32,000 nucleotides of DNA from Promethearchaeum syntrophicum (GTDB taxonomy: Archaea; Asgardarchaeota; Lokiarchaeia; Sigyniarchaeales; Promethearchaeaceae), in the NCBI RefSeq assembly GCF_008000775.2, contig NZ_CP042905.2, positions 840,001-872,000 on the forward strand, given 5' to 3'. Positions within the stretch are counted from its first letter, which is position 1. Each line of letters starts with the position of its first letter. Below the pieces are notes generated by a model. That model saw only the letters and a program-made list of their open reading frames with translations. It made no database searches and was not told the origin of the DNA. This document shows, piece by piece, positions 29,105-32,000 of the stretch. The position numbers and the translations under genes are program-made.

Positions 29105-29863
29105 TTAATTCAAATAACCAAGTAGATCTTTTCGTATTTTATTAAACTCAAGACTGGTGCGATCTCGTGGGTGAGGAATCTCGATATTGAATTCTTTTAA
29201 TACTTTTGCAGGTAATTTTGTTAAAACTAATACTCGCTTACTTAGAAATGTTGCTTCATCGATATTATGGGTTACAAATACAATTGTTAACTTCTGTTTT
29301 CGCCAAATTTCCAATAAATCTTCCTGTAAAGAATTCCGGGTTTGAGCATCAAGGGCTGAAAATGGTTCATCCATTACTATAAGTTTACTAGTTGGATTTA
29401 TGGCTAATGCCCTACATATTGCAATTTTTTGTTTCATTCCACCAGATATTTCATGAGGTAAGTATTTACGGAATTCATTCATTCCTACAAGATCCAGCAA
29501 TCGTTCTACTGTTTCATCTTGGTCCTCTTTAGAAATATTTTTAATATTTAAACCAAATCGAATGTTTTTTTCAATATTTAGCCACGGAAATAACGAAAAT
29601 TCTTGCGGAATATATCCTATTTTCCCAAGACTTTCAAAATTTTCGTAATAATTATCTGATTTTGGAGAATATTCCAATGATCCATCAAAATCTTTATCAA
29701 ATCCTGCAAGTATTCTGAGGATTGTAGTTTTTCCACATCCACTTGGTCCAATAATTGACACAAAATCGTTTTCGGTAACGTTAAATTCCAAGTTCTTAAG
29801 AACAAGATTTTCTGTTTTTTCAGGTGTTATGAATTTTTTCGAATTAATACCAAATTTAAACAT
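29105..29863 (-). CDS. ABC transporter ATP-binding protein (nitrate/sulfonate/NMT1 type)
   Basis: Walker A GPSGCGKTT, LPHEISGGMKQKIAICRALA signature, LIVMDEPFSALD, FVTHNIDEA. Confidence 0.93.
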   Translation of the reverse strand: MFKFGINSKKFITPEKTENLVLKNLEFNVTENDFVSIIGPSGCGKTTILRILAGFDKDFDGSLEYSPKSDNYYENFESLGKIGYIPQEFSLFPWLNIEKNIRFGLNIKNISKEDQDETVERLLDLVGMNEFRKYLPHEISGGMKQKIAICRALAINPTSKLIVMDEPFSALDAQTRNSLQEDLLEIWRKQKLTIVFVTHNIDEATFLSKRVLVLTKLPAKVLKEFNIEIPHPRDRTSLEFNKIRKDLLGYLN

Positions 29864-29905
29864 TTTTTTCCCTTAGATATTATATTTTTTTGTAATACAA
29901 TTGAT

Positions 29906-30718
29906 TCATTGATGTAATCTCCATTTCAAAGCATAATTCTCAATCAGAACAAAAACTCCATTTATTAACAAACCTATAATTGCAATCATTAACATCCCCG
30001 CGACCATATTTGAATAATTACCAATATTTTTCATATAATTAATAAAATAACCGATTCCAGCCCCGCTAATACCCATCATTTCCGCTGCAATGACACACAT
30101 CCAACCTACTCCAATTGCCACTCTTAATCCAGTGATAATACTTGGTAATATTGATGGCAAAATTACATCCCATGCGATTTGTGATCTTGACGCACCCAAA
30201 GATTTTGCAACATCTTGGTATACTTTTGAGCTTTGGCGAACTCCATCATATATATTTTGTAATAATGGAAAAAAAGCTCCCATAAAAATTATAAAAGCAT
30301 GGGATGTGGTTGTTAATCCAAATGTAATTATTGCAAATGGGATCCAGGCTATTGGGGGAATTGGGCGAATCATTTCAATTATTGGTTTAATTATTCCATC
30401 TAAGAAAGGGTTTACTGCTATTGCAATCCCTAAAGGTATTGCAATGATAAATGCATAGAGAACCCCTATAAAAACTCGAAATAGACTTGCACCTACATGT
30501 TCTAATAGTGTAACTCCATCAACTGGATTCCAAAATAGAATAAAAAATGATTTGAACGCCTCATGAGGAAAAGGAACTACACTTATCCCATTATATGAAA
30601 GTTGGAGAATTAAAACAAAAATATACCATAATACAATGAATAATGCAAATCCTAATACAATATTAACAGTAATTCGGACATTCGGCTTTTTTTGAATTTC
30701 AATTGAAGTTTTTTCCAT
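29906..30718 (-). CDS. ABC transporter permease (nitrate/sulfonate/NMT1 type)
   Basis: EMIRPIPPIAWIPFAIITFG...AFFPLLQNIYDGVRQSSKVYQDVAKSLGASRSQIAWDVILPSILPSIITGLRVAIGVGWMCVIAAEM. Confidence 0.93.
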   Translation of the reverse strand: MEKTSIEIQKKPNVRITVNIVLGFALFIVLWYIFVLILQLSYNGISVVPFPHEAFKSFFILFWNPVDGVTLLEHVGASLFRVFIGVLYAFIIAIPLGIAIAVNPFLDGIIKPIIEMIRPIPPIAWIPFAIITFGLTTTSHAFIIFMGAFFPLLQNIYDGVRQSSKVYQDVAKSLGASRSQIAWDVILPSILPSIITGLRVAIGVGWMCVIAAEMMGISGAGIGYFINYMKNIGNYSNMVAGMLMIAIIGLLINGVFVLIENYALKWRLHQ

Positions 30719-30774
30719 ATTTTTTCCTTCTAATTATACTTCTTTCAATTAATTCTAGATTTTATTTTTTATTT

Positions 30775-31413
30775 CTATTTATCATTCCGAGTAATTTTCA
30801 TATAAAACACTTCATTACGTATTTGTATTTCACAACTACAATTAATAGGATCTTTTTCTAAGACAGTTTTAAAATATTGGCTCCAATATTTTCCATATTT
30901 TATTTGGTTAAAGTTGTGATAAAATGCAATTTCGAAATTTCTTCCATAATTTATGTCTTTTGGCTTATCTTGAGCTTTTATTTGAATTTGCCAAAAATAA
31001 TTCCCTGCTATCCAAATACTTCTAATTGCATTCAAAATTTCATACAAAGTTAAAGTGGAAATATCATTGGTATTATGAAACCATTCGATTAATTGAACAC
31101 AATTGTTATTTTCTTGTGGTTCTGTGGGAATTTTATCAATATACGACATGAATGTTGTGCGTCCGACTGCTACCATGCTGAAATCACTTCTCATTAAGTG
31201 CCACAATTTGTATGGGTCGAGATTTCTTTTTTTTATATCATCTAATAAGTGATCCCGTATTTTTATTAAATCCACGGCTTCTTCAATGACCCTAGAAAGA
31301 CTTCCATAGGATATAGACAATTTTTTCATAGTATCATACGTTTCCTTAGAAACTGTAGTATGAATGTGCTGTTTTTCTGATTTCATGAAATTTTTTCCCA
31401 CACTTTTGATCAT
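30775..31413 (-). CDS. Putative ribbon-helix-helix-type regulator with uncharacterised C-terminal domain
   Basis: HIHTTVSKETYDTMKKLSISYGSLSRVIEEAVDLI resembles RHH; start reassigned to ATG 31413 because the track GTG (31422) lies inside the palindrome. Confidence 0.6.
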   Translation of the reverse strand: MIKSVGKNFMKSEKQHIHTTVSKETYDTMKKLSISYGSLSRVIEEAVDLIKIRDHLLDDIKKRNLDPYKLWHLMRSDFSMVAVGRTTFMSYIDKIPTEPQENNNCVQLIEWFHNTNDISTLTLYEILNAIRSIWIAGNYFWQIQIKAQDKPKDINYGRNFEIAFYHNFNQIKYGKYWSQYFKTVLEKDPINCSCEIQIRNEVFYMKITRNDK

Positions 31414-31434
31414 TATGAACACGAGTGTTCATAA
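31413..31434. promoter_or_regulatory. Near-perfect palindrome, putative operator in the divergent promoter
   Basis: TTATGAACAC-GA-GTGTTCATAA, 10-bp arms, 2-bp centre, between the regulator/ABC genes and the substrate-binding gene. Confidence 0.7.
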
Positions 31435-31511
31435 AGGTCTGTTACTTCTAAGATCTTAATAGATATAAATTTTGATGATTTTGAATCAAAATTCTATCGG
31501 AGTTTAGAAAA

Positions 31512-32000
31512 TGGTATCAAGAAAAAATAAAGCATTATTATTGATTTCTATTTTAATGTTAACAGGTATAACTGCCGTTTCTATCTACTTCGTGGATAAA
31601 AATAGAGCAGATGTAAAAATAGGTTTTTTAGAAGGGGATTTACATCAACTCGCATTCTATGTTGCTAGAGAAAATGGTTTTTATGAAAAAGAAAATATAA
31701 CGATTAAAGGAGTTTCCTTTGCGAATGGTGGTGATGTAATGACTTCATTTGCTGCTAGTAAAAGAAGCATTGATATGGCATATTTTGGGTTTGCTCCTGC
31801 CCTTTATCACAGATTTAATAATCCAGCAGCAAATATTACAGTTTTAGCTGGTGTAAACGTAAATGGATCTGCATTGATTGTGAAAAACGATTCATCAATT
31901 CAAACAGGAGCAGACCTTGAAGGACTTAAAATTGCAGTTCCAGCTCGACACAATATGCAAGATTTTATATTGAGTATGATCCTCAACAATTCAGGATTAA
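31512..32000 (+). CDS. ABC transporter substrate-binding protein (NMT1/SsuA-like), truncated by window edge
   Basis: MVSRKNKALLLISILMLTGITAVSIYFVDKN (signal/anchor) then VKIGFLEGDLHQLAFYVARENGFYEKENITI...VMTSFAASKRSIDMAYFGFAPALYHR. Confidence 0.9.

Noticed and set aside
1-32000. CRISPR array, cas genes, retron, prophage, or classical toxin-antitoxin operon
   Set aside because: No regularly spaced direct repeats, integrase/capsid genes, Cas motifs or reverse transcriptase seen; the RHH-like gene has no toxin partner and is linked to ABC transport genes.
1-32000. tRNA or rRNA genes
   Set aside because: No cloverleaf-like segments with T-arm GGTTCRANYCY consensus or rRNA-like conserved stretches noticed by eye; a tRNAscan-SE/Infernal run would be needed to be certain.

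Overview
AT-rich archaeal chromosome segment. Gene content (proteasome beta subunit, UPF0179 family, longin-like small proteins, DRG-type GTPase relative, zinc-finger/multi-wHTH protein) fits an Asgard (Promethearchaeota/Lokiarchaeia-like) genome; this assignment is inference. Left part: acyl-CoA dehydrogenase (cut at the left edge), a 5-winged-helix zinc-finger protein, GGCT-like protein, GIFT/DUF4350-like protein, psmB, UPF0179, small longin-like ORF, membrane M1 aminopeptidase, endonuclease III, a soluble two-component pair. Middle: degenerate LMW-phosphatase-like protein, PHP phosphoesterase, solitary N6-type DNA methyltransferase, MBL hydrolase, then a cluster of two longin-like paralogs bracketing a strongly diverged DRG/TGS GTPase-like gene whose start appears frameshifted. 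Right part: two EamA transporters, nitroreductase, radical SAM, then a partly decayed tandem array of [GPH/MFS transporter - PhaC-like alpha/beta hydrolase] modules interrupted by a small duplicated TM-ORF unit, and finally an NMT1/Tau-type ABC transport locus with a ribbon-helix-helix-like regulator and a near-perfect palindrome in the divergent promoter. No CRISPR array, tRNA, rRNA, prophage or classical defence operon was recognised. Most unusual items: the diverged DRG-like/longin cluster, the decayed transporter-hydrolase array (289-codon frame with three in-frame stops and no indel), the duplicated TM-ORF that marks the rearrangement joint, and the multi-wHTH protein.
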